Positions 12,101 to 23,811 of a stretch of DNA of 64,000 nt are shown piece by piece. A model generated the notes under the pieces. That model was not told the origin of the DNA. It searched no databases and saw only the letters and a program-made list of their open reading frames with translations. Source of the DNA: Mayamaea pseudoterrestris. Lineage: Eukaryota. The position numbers and the translations under genes are program-made. The stretch spans positions 62,001 to 126,000 of the forward strand of contig BROI01000030.1 of the NCBI GenBank assembly GCA_027923505.1, read 5' to 3'. Positions within the stretch are counted from its first letter, which is position 1. The number at the start of each line of letters is the position of its first letter.

Positions 12101-15100
12101 GTTGTTGGGTGGCCAGGGCATGGGGCATTGTAGTGGTATGATTCCATAATTTGGGGTGTTGGCCACACCCATCTTGTAGACCATTCCATGCTGTAGGCCT
12201 CCAGGCAGTCCGTTTTGTACCATGTCAGACCATCCTCATGTCAATGGCACACCCTGGACATGTTTTGCATGACTCATTGGGTTGTTGGGTGATCAGGGAC
12301 GGGGCATTGTAGTGGTATGATTCCATAATTTGCGGTGTTGGCCACACCCATTTTGCAGATGGTGTAGGCCTCCAGGCAGTCCGTTTTGCACCATTTCAGC
12401 CCATCCTCATGTCAATGGCACACCCTGGACATGTTTTGCCTGACTCATTGGGTTGTTGGGTGGCCAGGGCATGGGGCATTGTAGTGGTATGATTCCATAA
12501 TTTGGGGTGTTGGCCACACCCATCTTGTAGACCATTCCATGCTGTAGGCCTCCAGGCAGTCCGTTTTGTACCATGTCAGACCATCCTCATGTCAATGGCA
12601 CACCCTGACATGTTTTGCCTGACTCATTGGGTTGTTGGGTGATCAGGGCACGGGGCATTGTAGTGGTATGATTCCATAATTTGGGGTGTTGGCCACACCC
12701 ATTTTGCAGATGGTGTAGGCCTCCAGGCAGTCCGTTTTGCACCATTTCAGCCCATCCTCATGTCAATGGCACACCCTGGACATGTTTTGCCTGACTCATT
12801 GGGTTGTTGGGTGGCCAGGGCATGGGGCATTGTAGTGGTATGATTCCATAATTTGGGGTGTTGGCCACACCCATCTTGTAGACCATTCCATGCTGTAGGC
12901 CTCCAGGCAGTCCGTTTTGTACCATGTCAGACCATCCTCATGTCAATGGCACACCCTGGACATGTTTTGCATGACTCATTGGGTTGTTGGGTGATCAGGG
13001 ACGGGGCATTGTAGTGGTATGATTCCATAATTTGCGGTGTTGGCCACACCCATTTTGCAGATGGTGTAGGCCTCCAGGCAGTCCGTTTTGCACCATTTCA
13101 GCCCATCCTCATGTCAATGGCACACCCTGGACATGTTTTGCCTGACTCATTGGGTTGTTGGGTGGCCAGGGCATGGGGCATTGTAGTGGTATGATTCCAT
13201 AATTTGGGGTGTTGGCCACACCCATCTTGTAGACCATTCCATGCTGTAGGCCTCCAGGCAGTCCGTTTTGTACCATGTCAGACCATCCTCATGTCAATGG
13301 CACACCCTGGACATGTTTTGCATGACTCATTGGGTTGTTGGGTGATCAGGGACGGGGCATTGTAGTGGTATGATTCCATAATTTGCGGTGTTGGCCACAC
13401 CCATTTTGCAGATGGTGTAGGCCTCCAGGCAGTCCGTTTTGCACCATTTCAGCCCATCCTCATGTCAATGGCACACCCTGGACATGTTTTGCCTGACTCA
13501 TTGGGTTGTTGGGTGGCCAGGGCATGGGGCATTGTAGTGGTATGATTCCATAATTTGGGGTGTTGGCCACACCCATCTTGTAGACCATTCCATGCTGTAG
13601 GCCTCCAGGCAGTCCGTTTTGTACCATGTCAGACCATCCTCATGTCAATGGCACACCCTGGACATGTTTTGCATGACTCATTGGGTTGTTGGGTGATCAG
13701 GGACGGGGCATTGTAGTGGTATGATTCCATAATTTGCGGTGTTGGCCACACCCATTTTGCAGATGGTGTAGGCCTCCAGGCAGTCCGTTTTGCACCATTT
13801 CAGCCCATCCTCATGTCAATGGCACACCCTGGACATGTTTTGCCTGACTCATTGGGTTGTTGGGTGGCCAGGGCATGGGGAATTGTAGTGGTATGATTCC
13901 ATAATTGGGGGTGTTGGCCACACCCATCTTGTAGACCATTCCATGCTGTAGGCCTCCAGGCAGTCCGTTTTGTACCATGTCAGACCATCCTCATGTCAAT
14001 GGCACACCCTGGACATGTTTTGCATGACTCATTGGGTTGTTGGGTGATCAAGGGACGGGGCATTGTAGTGGTATGATTCCATAATTTGCGGTGTTGGCCA
14101 CACCCATTTTGCAGATGGTGTAGGCCTCCAGGCAGTCCGTTTTGCACCATTTCAGCCCATCCTCATGTCAATGGCACACCCTGGACATGTTTTGCCTGAC
14201 TCATTGGGTTGTTGGGTGGCGGGGCATGGGGCATTGTAGTGGTATGATTCCATAATTTGGGGTGTTGGCCACACCCATCTTGTAGACCATTCCATGCTGT
14301 AGGCCTCCAGGCAGTCCGTTTTGTACCATGTCAGACCATCCTCATGTCAATGGCACACCCTGGACATGTTTTGCATGACTCATTGGGTTGTTGGGTGATC
14401 AGGGGACGGGGCATTGTAGTGGTATGATTCCATAATTTGCGGTGTTGGCCACACCCATTTTGCAGATGGTGTAGGCCTCCAGGCAGTCCGTTTTGCACCA
14501 TTTCAGCCCATCTCCTGTCAATGGCACACCCTGGACATGTTTTGCCTGACTCATTGGGTTGTTGGGTGGCCAGGGCATGGGGCATTGTAGTGGTATGATT
14601 CCATAATTTGGGGTGTTGGCCACACCCATCTTGTAGACCATTCCATGCTGTAGGCCTCCAGGCAGTCCGTTTTGTACCATGTCAGACCATCCTCATGTCA
14701 ATGGCACACCCTGGACATGTTTTGCATGACTCATTGGGTTGTTGGGTGATCAGGGGACGGGGCATTGTAGTGGTATGATTCCATAATTTGGGGTGTTTTT
14801 GCAGATTGTGTAGGCCTCCAGGCAGTCCGTTTTGCACCATTTCAGCCCATCCTCATGTCAATGGCACACCCTGGACATGTTTTGCCTGACTCATTGGGTT
14901 GTTGGGTGGCCAGGGCATGGGGCATTGTAGTGGTATGATTCCATAATTTGGGGTGTTGGCCACACCCATCTTGTAGACCATTCCATGCTGTAGGCCTCCA
15001 GGCAGTCCGTTTTGTACCATGTCAGACCATCCTCATGTCAATGGCACACCCTGGACATGTTTTGCATGACTCATTGGGTTGTTGGGTGATCAGGGGACGG

Positions 15101-17249
15101 GGCATTGTAGTGGTATGATTCCATAATTTGCGGTGTTGGCCACACCCATTTTGCAGATGGTGTAGGCCTCCAGGCAGTCCGTTTTGCACCATTTCAGCCC
15201 ATCCTCATGTCAATGGCACACCCTGGACATGTTTTGCCTGACTCATTGGGTTGTTGGGTGGCCAGGGCATGGGGCATTGTAGTGGTATGATTCCATAATT
15301 TGGGGTGTTGGCCACACCCATCTTGTAGACCATTCCATGCTGTAGGCCTCCAGGCAGTCCGTTTTGTACCATGTCAGACCATCCTCATGTCAATGGCACA
15401 CCCTGACATGTTTTGCATGACTCATTGGGTTGTTGGGTGACCGGGGACGGGGCATTGTAGTGGTATGATCCATAATTTGGGGTGTTGGCCACTCCCATCT
15501 TGTAGTCTATCACATGCTGTAGGCCTCCAGGCAGTCCGTTTTGTACCATTTCAGCCCATCCTCATGTCAATGGCACACCCTGGACATGTTTTGCCTGACT
15601 CATTGGGTTGTTGGGTGATCAGGGCATGGGGCATTGTAGTGGTATGATTCCATAATTTGGGGTGTTGGCCACACCCACGTGACCGATGGTGTAGGCCTCC
15701 AGGCAGTCCGTTTTGTACCATTTCAGACCATCCTCATGTCAATGGCACACCCTGGACATGTTTTGCCTGACTCATTGGGTTGTTGGGGGGGGGCCATGGC
15801 CAGAGGGCAGTTTCATCCTGTCATGATTTTGGTGGCATTATTTGGGGTGTTGGCCACACCCATCTTGTAGACCATTCCATGCTGTAGGCCTCCAGGCAGT
15901 CCGTTTTGTACCATGTCAGACCATCCTCATGTCAATGGCACACCCTGGACATGTTTTGCATGACTCATTGGGTTGTTGGGTGATCAGGGGACGGGGCATT
16001 GTAGTGGTATGATTCCATAATTTGCGGTGTTGGCCACACCCATTTTGCAGATGGTGTAGGCCTCCAGGCAGTCCGTTTTGCACCATTTCAGCCCATCCTC
16101 ATGTCAATGGCACACCCTGGACATGTTTTGCCTGACTCATTGGGTTGTTGGGTGGCCAGGGCATGGGGCATTGTAGTGGTATGATTCCATAATTTGGGGT
16201 GTTGGCCACACCCATCTTGTAGACCATTCCCAGCTGTAGGCCTCCAGGCAGTCCGTTTTGTACCATGTCAGACCATCCTCATGTCAATGGCACACCCTGG
16301 ACATGTTTTGCATGACTCATTGGGTTGTTGGGTGATCAGACGGGGCATTGTAGTGGTATGATTCCATAATTTGCGGTGTTGGCCACACCCATTTTGCAGA
16401 TGGTGTAGGCCTCCAGGCAGTCCGTTTTGCACCATTTCAGCCCATCCTCATGTCAATGGCACACCCTGGACATGTTTTTGCCTGACTCATTGGGTTGTTG
16501 GGTGCCAGGGCATGGGGCATTGTAGTGGTATGATTCCATAATTTGGGGTGTTGGCCACACCCATCTTGTAGACCATTCCATGCTGTAGGCCTCCAGGCAG
16601 TCCGTTTTGTACCATGTCAGACCATCCTCATGTCAATGGCACACCCTGGACATGTTTTGCATGACTCATTGGGTTGTTGGGTGATCAGGGGACGGGGCAT
16701 TGTAGTGGTATGATTCCATAATTTGCGGTGTTGGCCACACCCATTTTGCAGATGGTGTAGGCCTCCAGGCAGTCCGTTTTCACCATTTCAGCCCATCCTC
16801 ATGTCAATGGCACACCCTGGACATGTTTTGCCTGACTCATTGGGTTGTTGGGTGGCCAGGGCATGGGGCATTGTAGTGGTATGATTCCATAATTTGGGGT
16901 GTTGGCCACACCCATCTTGTAGACCATTCCATGCTGTATGTCAGACCATCCTCATGTCAATGGCACACCCTGGACATGTTTTGCATGACTCATTGGGTTG
17001 TTGGGTGATCCGGGGACGGGGCATTGTAGTGGTATGATTCCATAATTTGGGGTGTTGGCCACACCCATTTTGCAGATGGTGTAGGCCTCCAGGCAGTCCG
17101 TTTTGCACCATTTTTGCACCATTTCAGCCCATCCTCATGTCAATGGCACACCCTGGACATGTTTTGCCCGACTCATTGGGTTGTTGGGTGGCCAGGGCAT
17201 GGGGCATTGTAGTGGTATGATTCCATAATTTGGGGTGTTGGCCACACCC

Positions 17250-19640
17250 ACTGTAGACCAGCGGGCCTCCGGCAGTCCGTTTTGTACCATGCAGACATCC
17301 TCATGTCAATGCACACGACATGTTATGGGTTGTTGGGAGATCAGGCGGGGTGGTGGTTGATTCCAAATTTGGGTTGGCCATACCCATTTTGCAGATGGTG
17401 TGGCCCCAGGCAGTCCGTTTTGCACATTTCAGCCCATCCATGTCAGATTTTGCGACATTGGGGTTGGGGGGCCAGGGATGGGATGTAGTGGAACCAATTT
17501 GGGTGTTGGCCACACCCACTGTAGACCATTCCATGCTGTGCCTCCAGGCAGTCGTTTTGTACCATTCAGACATCCCAGTCAATGGCACACCGAATTTTGC
17601 CTGACATTGGTTGTTGGGTGGCCGGGTGGGGGTTGAGTGTAGATTCAAAGGTGTTGGCCACACCATTGGCAGTAGGCCTCCAGGAGTCCTTTTGAATTTC
17701 AGCCCATCCTGTCAATGGCACACCGAATGTTTTGCCTGACTTGGGTTGTTGGGTGGCCAGATGGGGGTGTAGTGGTTGATTCCAAATTGGGGTGTTGGCC
17801 ACACCCACCTTGTAGAATCCAGCCCAGCAGTCGTTGAACATCCTGTCAATGGCACACGCAGTTTTTGTGATCAGGGTGTTGGGTGATCAGGGCGGGGCAT
17901 TGGAGTGGTAAGAATCCATAATTTGTGGTGTTGGCCACACCCACGTGCAGTATGGTGCGCTCAGGCAGTCCGTTTTGCACCATTTCAGCCTCTCATGTCA
18001 AGACCGGACATTTGATATTGGGTTGTTGGGTGGCCAGGATGGGGCATTGTAGAGGTTGAACCAAATTTGGGTGTTGGCCACACCCACGGAGACCACATGC
18101 TGTGGCTCCAGCAGTCCGTTTTGTCTCAGACATCTCATGTCAATGGCATACCCTGACATGTTTTGCCTGACTCATTGGGTTTTGCGCGGGGGTGACAGGT
18201 CAGATTCATGGTGTTGGCAGCGAGGGCTCCAGGCAGTCCGTTTTGAATTTGAGTCCTGTCATGGAACGGAATGTTTTGCTGACCATTGGGTTGTTGGGTG
18301 GCCAGGTGGGCGAGAACAATGTTGGCACACCAGAACCAGGAGTCTACAGCTCCTGTCAATGGCAAGACATGTTTTGCCTGACATTGGGTTGGGTGGCAGG
18401 GGAGATTCAAATTGGTGTTGGCAACAAGAGATGTGTCGAGTGATTACCTTTAATGGGATTTTGCTGATCAGGTTTGTGGCCAGGGCATGGGCGACAGGTC
18501 AGAATCCAATTTGGGGTGTTGGCCAACAGACCGGGCTCCAGGCAGTGTTACGATTTTGCAAGTTTGGCCCGTAAAAGGGGTGTTGGCCACACCCATGTTC
18601 GTCGTTTTGAATAATACCTGTCATGCAAAATTTGTGATATTGGGTTGTTGGGTGGCCAGGGACGGGCATTGTAGTGGTATGATTCCATAATTTGCGGTGT
18701 TGGCTCCACCCATTTTGCAGATGGTGTAGGCCTCCAGGCAGTCCGTTTTGCACCATTTCAGCCCATCTCATGTCAATGGCACACCCTGACATGTTTTGCC
18801 TGACTCATTGGGTTTTTGGGTGGCCAGGCATGGGCATTGTAGTGGTATGATTCCATAATTTGGGGTGTTGGCCACACCCATCTTGTAGACCATTCCATGC
18901 TGTAGGCCTCCAGGCAATCCGTTTTGTACCATGTCAGGACCATCCTCATGTCAATGTAGCAAAACACCCGACATGTTTTGGTATAACTCATTGGGTTGTT
19001 GGGAGAGGGGATTGTAGTGGTATGATTCCATAATTTAAGGTTGGCCACACCCCATTTTGCAGACGGTGTGGCTCCAGGAGTCCCTTTGAATTTCTATGGA
19101 ATTGGGCGTTGTGGCCAGGCATGGGGCGTTGTAGTGGTATGATTCCAATTGGGTGTTGGCCACACCCATCTTTGGAGACATCGTGCTCCAGGAGTCGTTT
19201 TGTACCATCAACACTCCTGTCAATGGAACCGGACATGTTTTGGTCTGACCATGGTTGTTGGGGATCAGGGATTGGGGAGTGGTAAGAATCCAAATTGTGT
19301 TGCAAATCTTTTGATCAGCCAACCCCAAGGACACCGAATTTTTTTTGTAATTGTTGTTGGGTGGCCAGGGATGGGATGTAGTGGTAAGAATCCAAATTTG
19401 GGGTGTGGCCACACCACTGGTAGCCCATTCCATGCTGTGGCTCCAGGCAGTCCGCGTTTTGTACATGTCAAATCATGGAACGACATGTTTTGTCTGACCA
19501 TTGGTATTGGTGGCCAGGGGATGGGGATTGTAGTGGTATGATTCCATAATTTGCGGTGTTGGCCACACCCATTTTGCAGATGGTGTGGCAGTCCGTTTTT
19601 GCACCATTTCAGCCCATCCTCATGTCAATGGCAATTGCCT
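17250..19640. repeat. Degenerate, indel-rich stretch of satellite A
   Basis: A motifs (GTGTTGGCCACACCC, GGGTTGTTGGGTG, TGTCAATGG) remain in order but with many short deletions and substitutions. An almost clean island lies at about 18640-18960. Boundaries are approximate. Confidence 0.85.
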
Positions 19641-20264
19641 GACTCATTGGGTTGTTGGGTGGCCAGGGCATGGGGCATTGTAGTGGTATGATTCCATAAT
19701 GTGGGGTGTTGGCCACACCCATCTTGTAGACCATTCCATGCTGTAGGCCACAAGGCAGTCCGTTTTGTACCATGTCAGCCCATCCTCATGTCAATGGCAC
19801 ACCCTGGACATGGTTTGCATGACTCATTGGGTTGTTGGGTGATCAGGGGATGGGGCATTGTAGTGGTATGATTCCATAATTTGGGGTGTTGGCCACACCC
19901 ATTTTGCAGATGGTGTAGGCCTCCAGGCAGTCCGTTTTGCACCATTTCAGCCCATCCTCATGTCAATGGCACACCCTGGACATGTTTTGCCTGACTCATT
20001 GGGTTGTTGGGTGATCAGGGGACGGGACATTGTAGTGGTATGATTCCATAATTTGGGGTGTTGGCCACACCCATTTTGCAGATGGCGTAGGCCTCCAGTC
20101 CGTTTTGCACCATGTCAGCCCATCCTCATGTCAATGGCACACCCTGGACATGTTTTGCCTGACTCATTGGGTTGTTGGGTGGCCAGGGCATCACCAATAT
20201 CATTGCCGTCCCCTGAGACACTAGCCAGGCATACCATCTTGTTGCGCAGCCTGAATAATGATGT

Positions 20265-20283
20265 TGGCACCATTCTGGTGTCA
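20265..20283. other. Second dyad of the B monomer, example copy: 8-bp stem with one G-T pair and a 3-nt loop
   Basis: TGGCACCA-TTC-TGGTGTCA. Confidence 0.7.
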
Positions 20284-20515
20284 TTTGGGTGTATACATGG
20301 CCTGCTGTAGGGGCATTTGAATGTCATGGCATCTGCGGGCTGAGACTGGTGACAAGTTGACACCAATATCATTGCCATCCCCTGAGACACTAGCCAGGCA
20401 TACCATCTTGTAGCGCAGCCTGAATAATGATGTTGGCACCATTCTGGTGTCATTTGGGTGTATACATGGCCTGCTGTAGGGGCATTTGAATGTCACGGCA
20501 TCTGCAGGCTGAGAC

Positions 20516-20534
20516 TGGTGACAAGTTGTCACCA
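20516..20534. other. 19-bp palindrome, example copy; one per intact B monomer
   Basis: TGGTGACAA-G-TTGTCACCA has perfect 9-bp arms and a 1-nt spacer. Confidence 0.92.
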
Positions 20535-22329
20535 ATATCATTACCGTCCCCTGAGACACTAGCCAGGCATACCATCTTGTAGCGCAGCCTGAATAATGAT
20601 GTTGGCACCATTCTGGTGTATTTTGGGCACCTACAGGGCTTGCTGTAGGGGCGTTTGAATGTCACGGCATCTGCGGGCTGAGACTGGTGACAAGTTGTCG
20701 CCAATATCATTGCCATCCCCTGAAACACTAGCCAGGCATATCATCTTGTAGCGCAGCCTGAATAATGATGTTGGCACCATTCTGGTGTATTTTGGGCACC
20801 TACAGGGCCTGCTGTAGGGGCGTTTGAATGTCACGGCATCCGCGGGCTGAGACTGGTGACAAGTTGTTACCAATATCATTGCTGTCCCCTGAGACAATAG
20901 CTAGGCATACCATCTTGTGGCGCAGTTTGTATAATGATCATGGCACCATTCTGGTGTCATTTGGGTGTATACATGGCCTGCTGTACGGTAGGGGCGTTTG
21001 AATGTCACGGCATCTGCAGGCTGAGACTGGTGACAAGTTGTCACCAATATCATTGCCAGCCCCTGAGACAATATCCAGGCATACCATCTTGTAGCGCAGC
21101 CTGAATAATGATGTTGGCACCATTCTGGTGTTATTTGGTTGTATACATGGCCTGCTGTAGGGGCGTTTGAATGTCACGGCATCTGCAGGCTGAGACTGGT
21201 GACAAGTTGTCACCAATATCATTGCCATCCCCTGAGACACTAGCCAGGCATACCATCTTGTAGCGCAGCCTGAATAATGATGTTGGCACCATTCTGGTGT
21301 CATTTGGGTGTATACATGGCCTGCTATAGGGGCGTTTGAATGTCACGGCATCTGCAGGCTGAGACTGGTGACAAGTTGTCACCAATATCATTGCCGTCCC
21401 CTGAGACACTAGCCAGGGCATACCATCTTGTAGGGCAGCTTGAATAATGATATTGGCAATATTCTGGTGTCATTTGGGTGTATACATGGCCTGCTGTAGG
21501 GGCGTTTGAATGTCACGGCATCTGCAGGCTGAGACTGGTGACAAGTTGTCACCAATATCATTGCCATCCCCTGAGACACTAGCCAGGCATACTATCTTGT
21601 AGCGCAGCCTGAATAATGATGTTGGCACCATTCTGGTGTCATTTGGGTATACTCATGGCCTGTTCTAGGGGCGTTTGAATGTCACGGCATCCGCGGGCTG
21701 AGACTGGTGACAAGTTGTCACCAATATCATTACCGTCCCCTGAGACACTAGCCAGGCATACCATCTTGTAGCGCAGCCTGAATAATGATGTTGGCACCAT
21801 TCTGGTGTATTTTGGGCACCTACAGGGCTTGCTGTAGGGGCGTTTGAATGTCACGGCATCTGCGGGCTGAGACTGGTGACAAGTTGTCGCCAATATCATT
21901 GCCATCCCCTGAGACACTAGCCAGGCATACCATCTTGTAGCGCAATTTGAATAATGATGTTGGCACCATTCTGGTGTCATTTGGGTGTATACATGGCCTG
22001 CTGTAGGGGTGTTTGAATGTCACGGCATCTGCAGGCTGAGACTGGTGACAAGTTGTCACCAATATCATTGATCCTCCGAGACACTAGCCAGGTATACCAT
22101 CTTGTAGCGCAGCCTGAATAATGATGGCTGGCACCATTCTGGTGTCTTTTGGGTGTCTACAGGGCTTGCTGTAGGGTCGTTTGAATGTCACGGCATCTGC
22201 AGGCTGAGACTGGTGACAAGTTGTCACCAATATCATTGCCGTCCCCTGAGACACTAGCCAGGCATACCATCTTGTAGCGCAGCCGCGATAATGATGTTGG
22301 CACCATTCTGGTGTATTTTGGCACCTACA

Positions 22330-23811
22330 GGCTGTGCTGTAGGGGGTTTGAATGTCGCGGCATCTGCGGGCTGAGACTGGTGACAAGTTGTCACCAATTC
22401 TTGCCTCCCCTGAGACACTATGCCAGGCAATAATACTGGTTGCGCACATGCTAATGATCTTGCATGTTCCTTGTATTTTGTGGCACCTACATGGCCTGCT
22501 GTACGTTTGAATGTCACGGCATCTGCAGGCTGAGACTGGTGACGAGTTGTCACCAATATCATTGCCTCCCCTGAGCACACTAGCCAGGCATACCATCTTG
22601 TTGCGCAGCCTGAATAATGATGTTGGCACCATTCTGGTGTCATTTGAGTGCATACATGGCCTGCTGTAGGGCGTTTGAATGTCACGGCATCTGCAGGCTG
22701 AGACTGGTGACAAGTTGTCACCAATATCATTGCGTCCCCTGAGACACTAGCCAGGCATGCCATCTTGTTGCGCAGCCTGAATAATGATGTTGGCACCATT
22801 CTGGTGTCATTTGGGTGTATACATGGCCTTGCTGTAGCGTTTGAATGTCACGGCATCTGCAGGCTGAGACTGGATGACAGAGTTGTCGCCATCATTGCCA
22901 TCCCTTGAGACACTGCCAGGCATAACCCTTGTTGCGCAGCCTGAATTGATGTTGGCACACCATTCTGGTGCTCATTTGGGTACGCCTGCTTGGGGCGGGT
23001 AATGTCACGCATCTGCGGGGCTGACATTGGTGACATGTTGCCAATCTCATTGCCATCCCTGAGACACTAGCCAGGCATACGCATCTTGTTTGCAGCCTGA
23101 ATAATGATGTTGGCCCCATTCTGTGGTGTCATTTGGGTGTCCTCTGTAGGCGTTTAGTCCCATCAGGCTGAGACTGGTAAGTTGTATTCATTGCATCCTG
23201 AGACACAGCAGGCATACTATCTTGTTGCGCAGCCTGAATATTGATGTTGGCACCATTCTGGTGTCATTTGGGTATACTCATGGCCTGTTCACAAAGGGGC
23301 GTTGTCGCTCCTAGGCTGAGATTGGTGACAAGTTGTCACCAATAATCGTGCCATCCCGAGACACTAGCCAGGCATACCATCTTGTAGTGCAGCCTGAATA
23401 ATGATGTTGGCACCATTCTGGTGTCATTTGGGTGCTCATGGCCTGCTGTAGGGGCGTTGAATGTCATGGCATCTGCAGGCTGAGACCTGTGTGGATTGTC
23501 ACCAATATCATTGCGTCCCCTTGAGACACTAGCCAGGCATACCATCTTGTTGCGCAGCCTGAATATTGATGTTGGCACCATTCTGGTGTATTTTGGGCAC
23601 CTACAGGGCTTGCTGTAGGGCGTTTGAATGTCACGGCATCCGCGGGCTGAGATCTTGTCATGTTCACCCCTGAAGCACTCACACCTGAGAATGTTGGCCA
23701 ATCGTTCATGGTGTTCCTGTGGTTTGTTCCGCGGCAGTCTGCAAGACTGATAATATCGTTGCCGTCCCCTGGCAACATCTTGTTGCGCTGTTGTGGCACC
23801 ATTCTGGTGTG
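22330..23811. repeat. Degenerate, indel-rich stretch of satellite B
   Basis: B motifs stay in order but with frequent small indels and scrambled patches, e.g. 22430-22470, 23140-23200 and 23650-23800. Boundaries are approximate. Confidence 0.8.

Larger units (their letters stand above)
1..20191. repeat. Satellite A, left array: dimeric higher-order repeat (180-bp A1 + 171/172-bp A2 = 351/352 bp), about 57 dimers, truncated by the window start
   Basis: The anchor GCCTCCAGGCAGTCCG recurs at 1021, 1201 (+180) and 1373 (+172); GTAGGCCTCC recurs at 4981, 5161 (+180) and 5332 (+171). A1 carries TTGCACCATTTCAGCCC / TTGCCTGAC / TGGCCAGGGCAT / CATCTTGTAGACCATTCCATGCTGTAGG. A2 carries TTGTACCATGTCAGACC / TTGCATGAC / TGATCAGGG(G)AC / CATTTTGCAGATGGTGTAGG. 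Copy number is length divided by unit size. Confidence 0.98.

Noticed and set aside
1..20191. Assigning a named satellite family or species from unit length
   Set aside because: Unit lengths of 169, 180 and 352 bp occur in many unrelated taxa and I do not recognise the sequence. A BLASTN or satellite-database search is needed.
20218..20222. CACTA pentamer in each B monomer as a CACTA transposon terminus
   Set aside because: It is a 5-mer with no matching TAGTG end in the B consensus and no target-site duplication, so it is expected by chance.
649..20310. Short ORFs in satellite A, dense at 17282-19541
   Set aside because: They appear only where mutations or errors remove the repeat's stop codons, overlap on both strands, and resemble no protein I recognise.
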